From Hypanus sabinus (Eukaryota): a stretch of DNA of 64,000 nucleotides. Under the pieces are notes generated by a model, which saw nothing but the letters and a program-made list of their open reading frames with translations, did not search any database and was not told the DNA's origin. A program made the translations under genes and the position numbers. Shown piece by piece: positions 48,860 to 62,800 of the stretch. How positions within the stretch are numbered: position 1 is the stretch's first letter; the number at the start of each line of letters is the position of its first letter. The DNA lies in NCBI RefSeq assembly GCF_030144855.1, contig NW_026781544.1:62001-126000 (forward strand). Direction: 5' to 3'.

Positions 48860-51800
48860 CGACCAAACTTCAGCTCCGATTGAGTGATGGCCGCCACATC
48901 CTACAATCTGACTGTCTGCAACAATGAGGTAGGTATTCCCCTGTTAATTGTGGATAGGAAGCACGTGTGTGAGGCCTGTTTTCTGTGGCCTGTATCAGAC
49001 GTGGGAGGTCCTGAAGGCTCACAGTCTTCCGGACGGCCATATATGGACCCGGTGTGTCGATCTGCAGCTCGGAAACCTTCTTATGTCAGAGAGCTTTAGG
49101 AGGCGATGGACAGGATTGTAGCAGCGAACAGAGATACAGATTTCCGGATCTTTTGGACCTCTTTTGAGGCAGGTGTGACCTGTACAAAAAGAAAGAGTTG
49201 CATTTGTATCCCAAGGGGACCAATATCCTGCTGGGGAGGTTTTCTAAGGCTAATGGGGAGAGTTTCAACTAGAATTATTGGGTGATAGGAAACGAACTGA
49301 AGAAACTGAAAAAGAGGAGGTTGGCTCTCAAATAGAAAAAGCTTGTAGACTTTGCGTGAGTGAGATAGGTAAGTGAGTGTGTGAGTGAGTGTCCGATAGA
49401 GAGGGGACGCGCTGAGACCGGCGATTTGAGATGTGTCTATTCTCACGCAATGAGTATTGTGAACAAAGCGGATGAGTTTTGAGCATGGATCAGTACTTGT
49501 AGCTTCAATGTGGTGGCTATTGCAGGGACTTGGATGGCTCACGGATAGGGAGTAAGGCAAAAGAGAAGGGGGCGTGGCACGTTTTAACAGAGAGTGTGTC
49601 ACGGCAGCAAAACAGTTGGACATCATGGAAGAATTGTCTACGGGGTCAATAAATTTACTGGGTGTCTTTGTAAGCCGCCCAATTGTAACAGGGATATCGA
49701 AGCGCAGATGGGGAAAGATCCTGGAAAGTTGTAATAAAGGCAGAGTTGTCGTCATGGGAGACTTTAAATTCCCAAATATCGATTGGTATCTCCCCAGTGC
49801 AGGGGTTTAGATGAGTTTGAGTTTGTTAGGTGTGTTAATGATGTTCCCTTGACAAAATATGTAGATAAGCCTACAAGAGGAGAGAATGTACTTGGTTTGG
49901 TATTGGGAAATGAACCTGGTCGGATGTCAGATCAATCATTGGGAGATAATGTTGAAGATAGTGATCATAGTTCTATCTTCTTTAGATAGAATTATTGTAG
50001 AGAGATAGGGTTAGACAATTTAGAAAAGCGTTTGATTGGAGTAAGTGGAATTCTGAGGCTATCAGGGAAGAAATTGGAAGCTTAAATTAGGAACAGATTT
50101 TCACAGGAAAATGTATGGAAGAAATGTTGCAAAAGTTCAGGGAATATTTTTGAGGAGTTCTGCTTAGGTACGTTCCAATGAGACAGGGAATCTATGGTAG
50201 GGTACACGAACCGTGGTGTACAAATGTTGTAATAAAGCTCGTCAAGAAATAAAGAATAGATTATGAAAGGCTCAGAGAGCTGGTATTGCGAGAGATCTAG
50301 AAGGCTAACAGTAAAGAGCTGAAGAAGTAAACTAGAGGAGTCAGAAGGGGTCATGAGAAGGCACTGGAGGGCCGAAATAAGGAAACTCCAAGGCATTCTA
50401 CAAGTATGTGCAGAGCAAGAGGCTACGTCGTGAAATATTAGGTCCTACCACGTGTGACAATGGGAAGGTGTGCATGGAAACGGAGGAAACAGCAGAGGTA
50501 CCGAAAGAGTTCTTTACTTCAGTATTCATCTTGGAAAAGGATCTTGGTGAATGTAGTGATGACTTTCAGCAAACAGAAAAGCTTCAGCATGTGGATATTA
50601 TGAAAGAGGATGTGCTGGAGATTTTGGAAAGCATCAGGTTGGTTAAGTCGACAGATCGGAAAGAATGTACCCCAGGCAACTGCGGGAGGCGGGTGTGGAG
50701 ATGACCGTGTCTTGGAAGACGATCTTTATCTCATTAATTCAAATGGGTGAGGTTCCAGTTGATTGGAAGGTTGCGGTTGCTGTCCCTTTAATCAAGAAAG
50801 TGGGTAGAGATTGGCCAGGAAAATATAGGCAGTGAGTCTTACTTCAGTGGTTGGTAAGATGAAGGAGAAGAACTTAACAAGCAGGATTTGTGATCATTTG
50901 GTGAGTTATGATACGATTAGGAACAGTCAGCATCACTTTGTCGCGGGTTTGTCTTCCCGACCAAGCCTGATTGCATTTGTTGAGGTAGTCACTAAACATG
51001 CAGACGAAGGAAGAATCCGGTGTATCTGGATTTCAGCAAGGCACTTAATTAGGTGCCCCATACAAGGGTAATTGAGAAAGTAAGGAGGCATGGGATCCAA
51101 GGGTCATTGCTTTGTGGTCCAAAACGGGCTTGCACACCGAAGGTAAACAGTGGTTGTAGACCGGTCGTATTCCGCATGGATTCGATGAACAATGGGTGTG
51201 TCCCAGTGATCGGTTCTGGGACCTATTTTCTTCCCGATTTTTATAAATGCCCTGGTTGGGGAGCTGGAGGGAATGGTTAGTGAATTTGCTGATAACACAA
51301 TGGTCTGAGGTGTTGTGGGTAGTGTGCAGGACTGTCAGATGCTACAGTGGGACATTGATTGGTTTCAAAACTGTGCATTGAAGTGACAGATGCAGTTCAA
51401 CGTACGTAACTGTGAAGTGGTTGATTGTGGTAGGTCAAATATGATGGCAAAAACATACTATTAATGGTAAGACTTTGCAGTGTCAAGTTTCAGAAGGGTT
51501 TTGGGGTCCGTGTTCAGGACGCTGAAACCAGCTGCGCAGGTTGACTTTGTGGTTCAGAAGGCATACGGTGCATTCGCCTTCAACAATCGTGGGATTGTGC
51601 TTGAGTGCCGAGAGGTAATGTTGTAGCTATTTTGTATCCTATTCAGACCCAATTTGGAGTACTGTTCTCAGATCTGGTGGCCTCTCTACAGGAAGGATCT
51701 GGAAACCAAAGAAAGTGAGTAGAGTAGATTCACATTTATGTTGCCTGGATTGGGGAGCATACCTTATGAGATTGGTCTTTTGTCCTTGGAGAGAAGGTGG

Positions 51801-52150
51801 ATGAGTGGTGAACTTATAGAGCTGTATAAGGGAATGAGGGGCATTGATCATCTGAGTAGTCAAAGGCTACCAGGATTGAAATGGCTATCACAAGAGGGCA
51901 CAGCTTTAGGCTGCTGGAAGGAAGTGCAGCGGAGATGTCAGGTTACGGTCTTCACGCGGAGATTAGTGAGTGTGTGGAAAGGGCTGCCGGTGACGGTGGT
52001 GAAGGCGGATGAGCAAAGGGCTTTTTAAGCGACTCATGGACAGGCACATGGAGCTTATCCGTAACACGAGGTAATTTGAAATGTTAGTAGATGCTCGGCA
52101 CAACATTACCGTCCGAACCTTCTGCATTGTATTGTAGTCCATAATGTCTA
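48860..52150 (+). mobile_element. CR1 LINE, degenerate
   Basis: VVMGDFKFPNIDW, DSDHSSIFF, SLTSVVGK, pol 3' motifs. Confidence 0.85.
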
Positions 52151-52943
52151 ACAGAAGTTTTCTGCTTGTAAAATGAGCATATCCTTCCAATTTCCTCGTA
52201 GACAAAAGACTGTCTCTGCTAATTTTAAAGGCCACTTATCCTTGTGCCTCTACCACCACTCCAGGAACTGCATCGCATGTACCCACCACTCCCTGAGTAA
52301 ATGTCATGCTTGTAAACTTGTAAAATTTTTTTGTGTCATCGGTAAGACTATTACCTAGCCTATTTGCCGACATCCGAGTCAGTTGCATATATCACTGTTC
52401 CAGGGAAGGACTCACTGTCGGACATTAACTATGGACTGTTCTTTATGCGTTTTGAATAAAATGCGATTCCCGGGTTACGACATAAAATCTCTGCCTAACA
52501 AACCTCCACTTGCTGGCGGAATACAAATCTACATTTTTATTCGATTAGTGAATCGAGCAGCAGAGTTACTGAATAACCTGTCCACGAACAGGTGTTTCGA
52601 CCAAGCTGAACATTCTTACAGTACCTTAGCATAAAACGTCTTCTGTTATTTCCATTTCTTCTACATTAAAAAAAAATCTGTTCTATTATTTCAGTATTTC
52701 TCGAGCACAATCCGTCGTATTAGTATGCCAAAATTTTCATTTCCCCGGCCATATTTCCAACTGGACTTTTACCAGGCTCCCTCAACATCTACAACTCAAT
52801 CACGTTTGTGTCGTCTGCAAGAGTATCTATGAGTCACTCCCATTTTCGACCAAGTCAAACGCAAGGACATTACCAACAATTGTCTCATGCAGAATGGATG
52901 TCCTCCATCACAGCCCTCTGTACTTTACTTGAAGCCATGCTAT

Positions 52944-55900
52944 TGTTACTAACTAGTGGGTAGATTGTGCCGTCACCTGAGTAGGCTGTCATTGAGGCTT
53001 GCTGGGCATGATGTAATGGTCTTGTGATGGTGGAGTGACGTAATTTTCCCGCCACTGAGAGGTCATGGGATAGGTTTTTTCTCAAAAGGGTATAAGAGGG
53101 GAAGCCCGCACTGCTTTGGGAGTGCCCTTATGCCTGTACATTTGCATGAAGTAACTTAAAGGTCAGGACTAGCTACAGGACTTGTTAAAGTAGGACTACA
53201 GCCAAGCTTACCTGTGAAGGATGTTTCTTTATTGTTGGGTAACGACATGACAGGTGGATACGTTTTTCCCGAAGTGCATTTGACAATAAAGTCAGAGGAA
53301 CAACTGTTGAATGCTAACACAGATTGTTCCTGTGAGCTATGGCTCAAAAGATTGATATTCAGAATGAAATTGTTACCCATGACTGTTTAACACAGGATTC
53401 GAGTGTTCAGGATGTATCAGAAACGTTTTTACCTCGTTGTTTGAACAAGTTTCTTGGAGTAAGATTGACCATGAAGATTTGTCTCTTTCACAGAAGGAAA
53501 TGATAACAGAGGAGAGTAGAGACCCTGAGATTATTAAATTAAATGAACAAGGTCTAAAGGATAGAGAGGTGGATAAGGTGTCAGTAGAATATCATTTTCA
53601 GAGAGGAGTATTGATGAGGATGTGGAGATCGCCTACAATTCCTGCAAGTGATGAATGGAATATTGTTCACTAGGTAGTTGTGCCTGCAGTTAATCGAAAT
53701 TAGATGTTAACTTTAGCCCATAGCGTGCCCTTAGATGGACATCAAGGAGTAAGGACAACAGCAAAAGATTTTAAAACATTTTTGCTGTTCAGGTATGAGA
53801 AAAGACGTGGTGACGTATTGCTGAAGGTGTCAGACTTGCCAAATTGTGGGTAAACCATATCAAGTTACACTAGTAGCTCCATTGCAACCTATTCCAGCAG
53901 TCGATGAACCATTTTCTAAAATTATTATATGATTGTGTAGGTCCATTACCAAAAATAAAAACTGGTTATCAGTTCTTGCTGACTCTCATGTGCAGGGCGT
54001 CCAGGTTTCCAGGGGCGGTACCGCTTAGCAACTAAAACAACATTTCAGAGCATAACTATTCATTGGATCCTTTATTACCTGTTTATTCCCCTCCACATAG
54101 ATTCTGCCTGACCTGCTGGGTTCCTTTTGAAGAATGCTGCCAGGACTCAAGGGACTGAGATACAGGCAAAAGGTTCTCCAGACCTAGATTTCATCCATAG
54201 GCATGTAACTTGATTACAACTAAAACAGTAATAAAGGCTCTTATAAATTTCTTTACTTATTTTGGGTTATCTAAGAAAATACAATCTGATCAAGGCAGTA
54301 ATTTTATGTATGGATTGTTTCAACAGATAGTTTATAAATTGGTAGCTAAGCAAATAACTTCATCTGCATACCATTCTGAATCGAAAGATGCCTTGGAGTG
54401 ATTTCAATCTACCCTCAAGAATATGATTAGGAGGTATTGTGTGGAAAATGCAAATTATTGGGATGTGGATTTATGCTTGCTTCTATTTGCAGTAAGGCAG
54501 TCGGTTTGAATCCATACGTTTCAGTCCATTTGAATTTGTATTTGCGCATATTGTTAGAGAACCTTTAACTTTATTAAAAGAACAATGGATTAATAAAGAG
54601 GTACACACTAATTTGTTGCAGTATGCTTTAATATTTAATCTTGTAGCTTAGCCAGGGGAAATTTTAAATTGGTTCAGGATAAAATGAAAACCTGGTACAA
54701 TAAAGTAGCTTAGGATGAAGACGTTCAAGCCTGGAGATAAGGTGCTTGTTCTTTTCCTAGTGCAGACGAATCCTTTACATGCTAAATTTCATGGTCCTTA
54801 TGAAATTACTTCTAAAATCAATTATGTGGATTACGTGATAAAAAAACGATTGTAGAAGGGCAACTCAACTTTTCCGTATAAATACGATACAGTCATATTA
54901 TGAGATATAGTCTGCTACTGTGAATGTTGTGGTCAATTCTAATGGGTCCGACTTACTAGAACATTATAGATGATTCATCTGAAACTCAGTTTAAACGCAA
55001 CATTGTTTCTGTCAGGTTAGCAAACTCAACTATTATGAAAATATTGATGAAAAATTAGGGCATTTACAGCCAGAGTAGCAGCAGATGAAGCAATTAATGT
55101 TTAAGTATAAACATTTATTTTCAGACGTTCCTAGAAGGATCACAGCAGGTTTACATGATGTAGATGTTGGAGATGCCAAAACAATAAAACATCATCCATA
55201 CAGGATGACCATGGAAAAATGTGAACTTGCTGAGAAAGAAATTAGATATATGTTAGAGAATAATATTATTCGAACTTCTAACTCGAATTGGGGTTCACCT
55301 TGTGTTATGGTGACTAAAACAGACGGCATATTAGGTTTTGTCCATATTATAGGAAGGTGAATGCTGTGACGAAAACAGATACATATCCAAATCCTAGAGT
55401 AAATGATTGTGTAGATAAAGTCGGAAAAGCAAAGTTCCTGACAAAGATTGATTAATTAAAAGGGGATTGTTCTGTTCCAATAACGGATAGAGGTAGAAAT
55501 ATTTCTGCATTTGTAACTCCATCTGGGTTATATGAATATAATGTTTTTCCATTTGGGTTGAAGAATGCCCCAGGTCCTTTCCAGCGGATGATTAACTGTG
55601 ATTCAGGGATTGAAAGACACTGATGCCTATAGTGACAATGTAATTACAGAAAATGATACTTGGGAAGCACGCTTTACTGCAGTGGAGAAATTATTTGAAA
55701 GACTTTCCAAAGCTAACCCAACTATTAATTTAGCTGAAAGTGAATTTGCAAATGCCACTGTGCCTTACCTTAATTCTGTTGTAAGTCCAGGCTTGCTTAA
55801 GGAAAACGTTTAAGGAAATACATTAAACTCCAATTTAGCAATGAAAACTTAATGTTGCAGGAGTTCAATATTTTGATAACGCTTGTTAATGGCAGAGATA

Positions 55901-56982
55901 CTGTGATTGCTGATTGTCTGTATCGATGTTGAAAATGTTCAATGTATTGTTTTATGGAGAGATATTTTAAAATTTGTACCGCTCCTAATCTGTAATAATT
56001 TGTAAGATCCTTTATGAAAATACCATGTATACCGTGTATGTTGTAAATATTATATATTTTTTCTTCTGAAAATAGCTAATTGTGAAAATTTTGTTCATGA
56101 CAGACATTATCTTTCAGAGGGAGGTGTTACGTACACGTTTGTGTCCGTAACATGACCATGATGTAATTGAAATTCTGCTGGGCGTACTGTTATGGTCTTG
56201 TGATGGCAGAGTGAGGTAATTTTCCCGCCAGTAACAGGACATGTGATAGTCTCTTTTTTGTCAACAGGGTATAAAAGGGCAACCCCTTCGTGTGACGCAG
56301 GGCAGTTCGTGGTTGAATTTGCCAGTGACTCCATTCCGCTGTGTGTTCGATGTTATGACGCAGTTATGTTTTGAATAATAGTTTTAGATTCTGCCTTAAG
56401 TCACAGGTTGTTCGGGCAGTTCTGATAATCGCTTCCAGTTAAACTTCAGTCGGAGAGTAAAGAATTATCGAAGTTCGGAGAACACGAGAGATAGAGGAAA
56501 GTTGATTTCGGCGTTGAAACAGTTTCGATATTGTTTGATCCTCCTTCGGAAGGAATTAGTCATGGGTGCACATGTTAGTCCCTGTTGCTAGAGCAGAAAG
56601 GACTGGGGGCAGGGTTTCGCCAAGGAAAGGTCAGAGCCTTTAAGCCATCTTAATTTCTTCATCGTAAATCCTCCGGAAAAGGCATACTTTGGCTGGGTTC
56701 GGCAGTAATGCAAAAACAGAAGTTATACCCCAAGAAAATCTCTCAGAAGCGACTGGGTAAAACTTTTGGACTTTCGCATTACTTCTTCTAAGAACATATT
56801 TATACATAATCGCTTTCAGAACTGTTTTTGCATTATCGCTTTCAGAACTGTTCAAACTGCCGCACAGCAGCCGGCTTCCGGTTAAGTTAGTCGTTTGTTT
56901 ATTTTGGGGTTGTTTTAGCAGTGTTTAGTACATGTAAAAAAATAAAACTGTCTTATATATTCATTGTTTCTGGAACGTAACA
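52944..56982 (+). mobile_element. Gmr1-type Ty3/gypsy LTR retrotransposon (integrase upstream of RT), degenerate, with 4-bp TSD
   Basis: Ends TGTTAC..GTAACA flanked by CTAT on both sides. PPT agagggagg precedes the 3' LTR (56125-56982); the 5' LTR is truncated at about 53140. Integrase (GHQGV..CQTC, IQSDQGSNF) at about 53700-54850 precedes RT (PYRM, FVTPSGLYEYNVFPFGLKNAP) at about 55080-55800. Confidence 0.88.
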
Positions 56983-57627
56983 CTATCCAAAGCAACTCGG
57001 TCACATGACTCAGCCTACGGGAAATGTTCATTCTCAAAAGTCTTACTTCCAGTTTAATTCCAACGTTCGGGCCTTGGGTGACGCAATGCTCGAGTCCGAG
57101 CGACCCGTCGCATGGGACAATTTACAATGACCAATTAGCCTATAAACACATAGATATTTGGAATGTGGGAGGAATTAGAGTACGCCGAAGACACCCAGAC
57201 AGTCACGCTTTACAGACAGCGGCGGAAAAAGAGTAGAATCGGAGAAGGAGAAAGTCCAAACTATGAGAGAATCATAAATAAATAGAAGGCATGTGGCCTT
57301 TCCTCTGCAATTATCTTCCCCACATATAGAATGTACTCCATCCAATTGGACAGGTAGGACCACCACTACACAAAGTGTCCCAGAAATTATTTAATTTCCC
57401 AGAGGCAATGAGATGGGGATTGCTGCTGGAGAGGGACGATTGCTGAGCCGTTTTACCAGTGGGTGTTATTAAATTATTCTCGAGATGGCAGACAGATCTC
57501 TAAAGAAATCTGAAGCAAGAGGAGACTTGCAGTCTGTCCACGGTAACCAGTACTCCTTAACGGCTCAAAACAAGGGCTCAAATCAAAACCAATCGCCCAC
57601 GCCAGAGGAAAGAGATGGAACTCCGTT

Positions 57628-57831
57628 TTAACATTTACGAAAAGATTACATAAAGCTTGTAGCTCAGCCAGGGAAATTTGAAAATTGGTTCAGGAGAAAA
57701 TTAAAACCTGGTACGATAATGACGCTTGGACGTTCAAGCCTGGATTTAAGGTGCTGGTTCTTTTCCCAGTGCAGACGAATCCTTTACAAGCTAAATTTCA
57801 TGGCCCTTATGAAATTACGTCTAAAATCAAT
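57628..57831 (+). mobile_element. isolated gypsy integrase fragment in the GPCR2 3' flank
   Basis: Closely similar to 54640-54822 (FKPG.KVLVLFPVQTNPL.AKFHGPYEITSKIN). Confidence 0.8.
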
Positions 57832-58083
57832 GAGCACAATGGTAGTATTGCGATGCTGATGTCAAGGCCTCGGATGCAAATAAATGTAGAATCACACACT
57901 TGGTGGAACTGAGGAACATGGAACCCGTGAAGAAAGTAAACTGGAAGGAGCAGAGTGGATGCAGACTGGGATACTCCCAGATCATGTTGGTGCATGAAGG
58001 GGTGGGGGAAGAGAGATATTCAGGAACGTCCACAGCACAAACGGCAAAAAAAAAGAATATTTTGCGGATATATTGGAGAAGCA

Positions 58084-59009
58084 TCACTGAGAAATAATGC
58101 TCTCCTGAAAACGCCGAGTGAACTTTGTCAGGAGACGGAAGGGAGATTTCACCGTCTCCTTCAGCTGCACCCTGAACCTGTCCTGGACCAGGGCGTAAAG
58201 GGCCGTGTTGGTGCAGCAGCTCAGCAGTTGCAGCATGCAGCCCAGCTCCCGCAGAGACAACGGGGATTTCACTGAAACGTAAAAACCGAGGCTCTCCCAT
58301 ACGGATAGCACCGTCAACAGCGCCCACAGCAGGATAAAATTCCCTGACATCACCAGCAGTAACAGGAGCGATTGCCTGCGTTTTTTCATCTCCGGGTCAA
58401 CCGGCGTCTCGCCATCGCGCGAACCACGGAGTCTCCTCCGGGCTCGGCTGGCCACTAAGACGTGCCAGATAGTTAAACTGTTGAGCAACAGAATCAGGAC
58501 AAAGGGGAATACTGGGGTGAGGCCGAAATGAATCAGCAGAAACGTTGACAGCTGAAGTGGGGAAAATAAATGGTAACTGCTCAAACAGAGCAGGGACGTA
58601 GTGAATACCGCATATTACCCTTCGAGCAAGAAGTACCAAAAGATGTTCTTTACGCAGCTCAGCAAAGTCACTGTCCCCAGAACCAGAGCCGCCGCTCTCC
58701 CGGTGCAGTATTTTCGTTTCAGCTTTTGAAAACAAATGGCGACAAATCGATCAAAGGTGAAAGTGACGGTGAACCAGACGGAACAGTCCGTGGCGGCGTA
58801 GAACGCGACGGCGTGGATATTACACACGGGAACACGACGCGACCAGAGGAAAACCTTTGCTTGAATGTAAGTCTTCGGAATCTTGTTCAATACGAGATCG
58901 AAGAAAATGACCAACTGATCCGCTGCGACCATGGCAACCAGGTACCTTGTGACGCCTTTGGAGAGACCGCAGTTTCCCCGCGACAGGATGATGATTGTTA
59001 CAATGTTCA
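58084..59009 (-). pseudogene. second GPR139/GPR142-like GPCR, exon 2 with one premature stop (exon 1 not found in the window)
   Basis: Paralog of 31575-32497 with acceptor cacAG at 59010. In-frame TAA at 58617-58615 (TCA/Ser in the paralog); the frame stays open after it to ..FQESIISQ*. Confidence 0.85.
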
Positions 59010-59844
59010 CTGTGCGGAGAGAAATAAAGACAATTAACACACATTTGATGGAAACATTCTCTGTAAACTATTATTTTAATCGACACCATTTCCGAGAGCA
59101 ATGATGATTATGGAATTAATATATTTGCAGAGGAGATTATCGTGAGCCATTACTAAATAGGTGGTGATTATAATATACCTGCTGAAGTTCAGGAGAACGT
59201 AGGGAATCTCATTGAAACCTATCGAATATTGAAATGCCGTGGTATCGTGGGCCTGTAGAGGTAGATTCTGTATTTGGGGAGTCCGCACCTAAAGGCGAGA
59301 TTTCACAATAGAACGACATCACTTTGGAACGGAGATGAGGAGTAATTTGCTTACACAAAGGCTTGTGAATGTGTGGATTTTTTCTCCACAGACGGCTACG
59401 GAGGCCAGTTCATTGGAAACCTTTGCAGCGGAGAGTGACAGGCACTTGATTTGTCGGGGTGTCGATGGATTCGGGGAGTGGGCGTCAGAATGCGGCTGAG
59501 AGGGATGATAAATCATCTATGATGGAGAAGGCTCGGTGCTCGACTGGCTGATTTCAGGTTTTGTGCCCTGTGGGCTCATCAGGGATAATAGTGGATGGTT
59601 TGAATGTATTCTGATCTTTGCCGTCAGAAGAAGTTGAGACCGGGAAGTGTTAAGACAATAATATACTGATTAATATGCCATTCTTCAAGCTGATAGAAAC
59701 TCAAGTCACCTCAGCTGTGAACACGAAAGAAAATGAGAACATAAGCACATTAGCAATAGGAGCAGGAATTGTCCATCTGTTCGGACTGGCATGATCTGAC
59801 AATGAAAGTGATCTAGAAGCGTAGAAACATCGAAACACCGTCAA

Positions 59845-62800
59845 TGTGTCTGGAGCCTTGCACTGCAGCCTGTGTCCGCAGCCTTGCCCTGCAGTCAGTG
59901 TCTGGAGCCTTGCCCTGTAACCTGTGTCCGGAGCCTTGCCCTGTAGCCTGTGTCCGGAGCCTTGCCCAGTAACCTGTGTCCCGAGCCTTGCCCTGTAACC
60001 TGTGTCCGGAGCCTTGCCCTGTAGCCTGTGTCCGGAGCCTTGTCCTGTAACCTGTGTCCGGAGCCTTGCCCTGCAGTCAGTGTCCGGAGCCTTGCCCTGC
60101 AAACTGAGTCCGGAGCCTTGTCGTGCAACCAGTGTGTGAAACCGTGCCCTGTAACCTGTGTCTGGCGCCTTGCCCTGTAACCTGTGTCCGGAGCCTTGTC
60201 CTGTAACCTGTGTCCGGAGCCTTGTCCTGCAGTCAGTGTCCGGAGCCTTGCCCTGCAAACTGAGTCCGGAGCCTTGTCGTGCAACCAGTGTGTGAAACCG
60301 TGCCCTGTAACCTGTGTCCGGAGCCTTGCCCTGTAGCCTGTGTCCGGATCCTTGTCCTGTAACCTGTGTCCGGAGCCTTGTCCTGCAGTCAGTGTCCGGA
60401 GCCTTGCCCTGCAAACTGAGTGCGGAGCCTTGTCGTGTAACCAGTGTGTGAAACCGTGCCCTGCAACCTGTTTCCGGAGCCTTGCCCTATAACCTGTGTC
60501 CGGAGCCTTGTCCTGTAGCCTGTGTCCGGAGTATTGCCCTGTAACCTGTGTCCGGAGCTTTGTCCAGCAACCTGTGTCCGGAGCCTTGCCCTGCAACCTG
60601 TGTCTGGCGCCTTGCCCTACAACCTGTGTCCGGAGCCTTGCCCTGCAACCAGTGTCCGGAGCCTTGCCCTGTAACGTGTGTCCGGAGCCTTGCCCTGTAA
60701 ACTGTGACCGGAGCCTTGCCCTGTAACCTGTGTCCGGAGCCTTGCCCTGTAACCTGTGTCTGGAGCCTTTCCCTGCAACCACTGTCCGGAGCCTTGCCCT
60801 GTAACCTGTGTCCGGAGCCTTGCCCTGCAACCGGTGTCTGGAGCCTTGCTCTATAACCTGTGTCTGGAGCCTTGCGCTGCAATCTGTGTCTGGAGCCTTG
60901 CCCTTCAACCTGTGTCTGGAGCCTTGTCCTGCAACCTGTGCCCGGAGCCTTGCCCTGTAACTAGTGTCTGGGGCCTTGCCCTGTAACCTGTGTCTGGCGC
61001 CTTGCCCTTCAACCTGTGTCTGGGGCCTTGCCCTGTAACCAGTGTCTGGGGCCTTGCCCTGTAACCAGTGTCCGGAGCCTTGCCCTTCAACCTGTTTCTA
61101 GGGCCTTGTCCTGTAACCAGTGTCTGGGACCTTGCCCTGTAACCTGTGTCCGAAGCCTTGCCCTGTAACCTGTGTCTGGAGCCTTGCCCTGCACCCTGTG
61201 TCCGGAGCCTTGACGTTCAACCTGTGTCTGGAGCCTTGCCCTGTAACCAGTGTCCAGAGCCTTGCCCTGTAACCTGTGTCCGGAGCCTTGACCTTCAACC
61301 AGTGTCTGGAGCCTTGCCCTGCAACCTGTGTCCGGAGCCTTGCCCTGTAACCTGTGTCCGGAGCCTTGCCCTGTAACCAGTGTCCGGAGCCTTGCCCTGC
61401 AACCTGTGTCTGGCGCCTTGTCCTGCAACCTGTGTCTGGCGCCTTGCCCTGTAACCAGTGTCCGGAGCATTGCCCTGCAACCTGTGTCTGGCGCCTTGTC
61501 CTGCAACCTGTGTCTGGCGCCTTGCCCTGCAACCTGTGTCCGGAGCCTTGCCCTGCAACCTGTGTCTGGCGCCTTGCCCTGCAACCAGTGTCTGGAGCCT
61601 TGCCCTGCAACCAGTGTCCGTAGCCTTGCCTTGCAACCTGTGTCTGGAGCCTTGCCCTGCAACCTGTGTCTGGGTCCTTGCCCGGCAACCAGTGTATGGA
61701 GCCTTGTCCTGCCACCTTTGTCCGGAGCCTTGCCCTGCAACCTGTGTCTGGCGCCTTGCCCTGCAACCTGTGTCTGGGGACTTGCCCTGCAACCTGTGTC
61801 CGGAGCCTTGCCCTGCAACCTGTGTCTGGGGCCTTGCCCTGCAACCTGTGTCCGGAGCCTTGCCCTGCAACCTGTGTCTGGCGCCTTGCCCTGCAACCTG
61901 TGTCTGGGTTCTTGCCCTGCAACCAGTGTCCGGAGCCTTGCCCTGCAACCTGTGTCCGGTGCCTTGCCCTGCAACTTGTGTCCGGAGCCTTGCCCTTCAA
62001 CCTGTGTCTGGAGCCTTGTTCTGCAACCTGTGCCCGGAACCTTTCCCGGCAACCTGTGTCTGGAGCCTTGTCCTGTAACTTGTGTCTGGAGCCTTGTCCT
62101 GTAACCTGTGTCTGGAGCCTTGCCCTGCAATCTGTGTCCGGAGCCTTGCCCTGTAACGTGTGTCCGGAGCCTTGTCCTGTAAACTGTGTCTGGAGCTTTG
62201 CCCTGTAAACTGTGTCCGGAGCCTTGTCCTGTAAACTGTGTCCGGAGCCTTGCCCTGTAACCTGTGTCTGGAGCCTTGCCCTGTAACCTGTGTCCGGAGA
62301 CTTGCGCTGCAACCTGTGTCTGGCGCCTTGCCCTGTAACCTGTGTCCGGAGCCTTGCCCTGCAACCTGTGTCCTGAGCCTTGCCCTGTAACCTGTGTCCG
62401 GAACCTTGTCCTGTAAACGTGTGTCCGGAGCCTTGTCCTGTAACCAGTGGCTGGGGCCTTGCCCTGTAACCTGTGTCTGGCGCCTTGCCCTTCAACCTGT
62501 GTCTGGGGCTTTGCCCTGTAAACTGTGTCCGGAGACTTGCCCTGTAACCACTCTCCGGAGCCTTACCCTGTAACGTGTGTCCAGAGCCTTGCCCTGTAAC
62601 CTGTGTCCGGAGCCTTGCCCTGTAACCAGTGTCCAGAGCCTTGTCCTGTAACCTGTGTCTTGAGCCTTGCCCTGTAACCACTGTCCGGAGCCTTGCCCTG
62701 TAACGTGTGTCCAGAGCCTTGCCCTGTAACCTGTGTCCGGAGCTTTGCCCTGTAATCTGTGTCTGGCGCCTTGCCCTGCAACCTGTGTCTGGCGCCTTGT

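Larger units (their letters stand above)
57300..59550. repeat. paralogous block shared with about 30950-32880 (GPCR exon 2 and flanks)
   Basis: Shared cacaaagtgtcc..ttaatt(t)cccaga 3' flank, coding exon and intronic CR1 relic. Confidence 0.75.
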
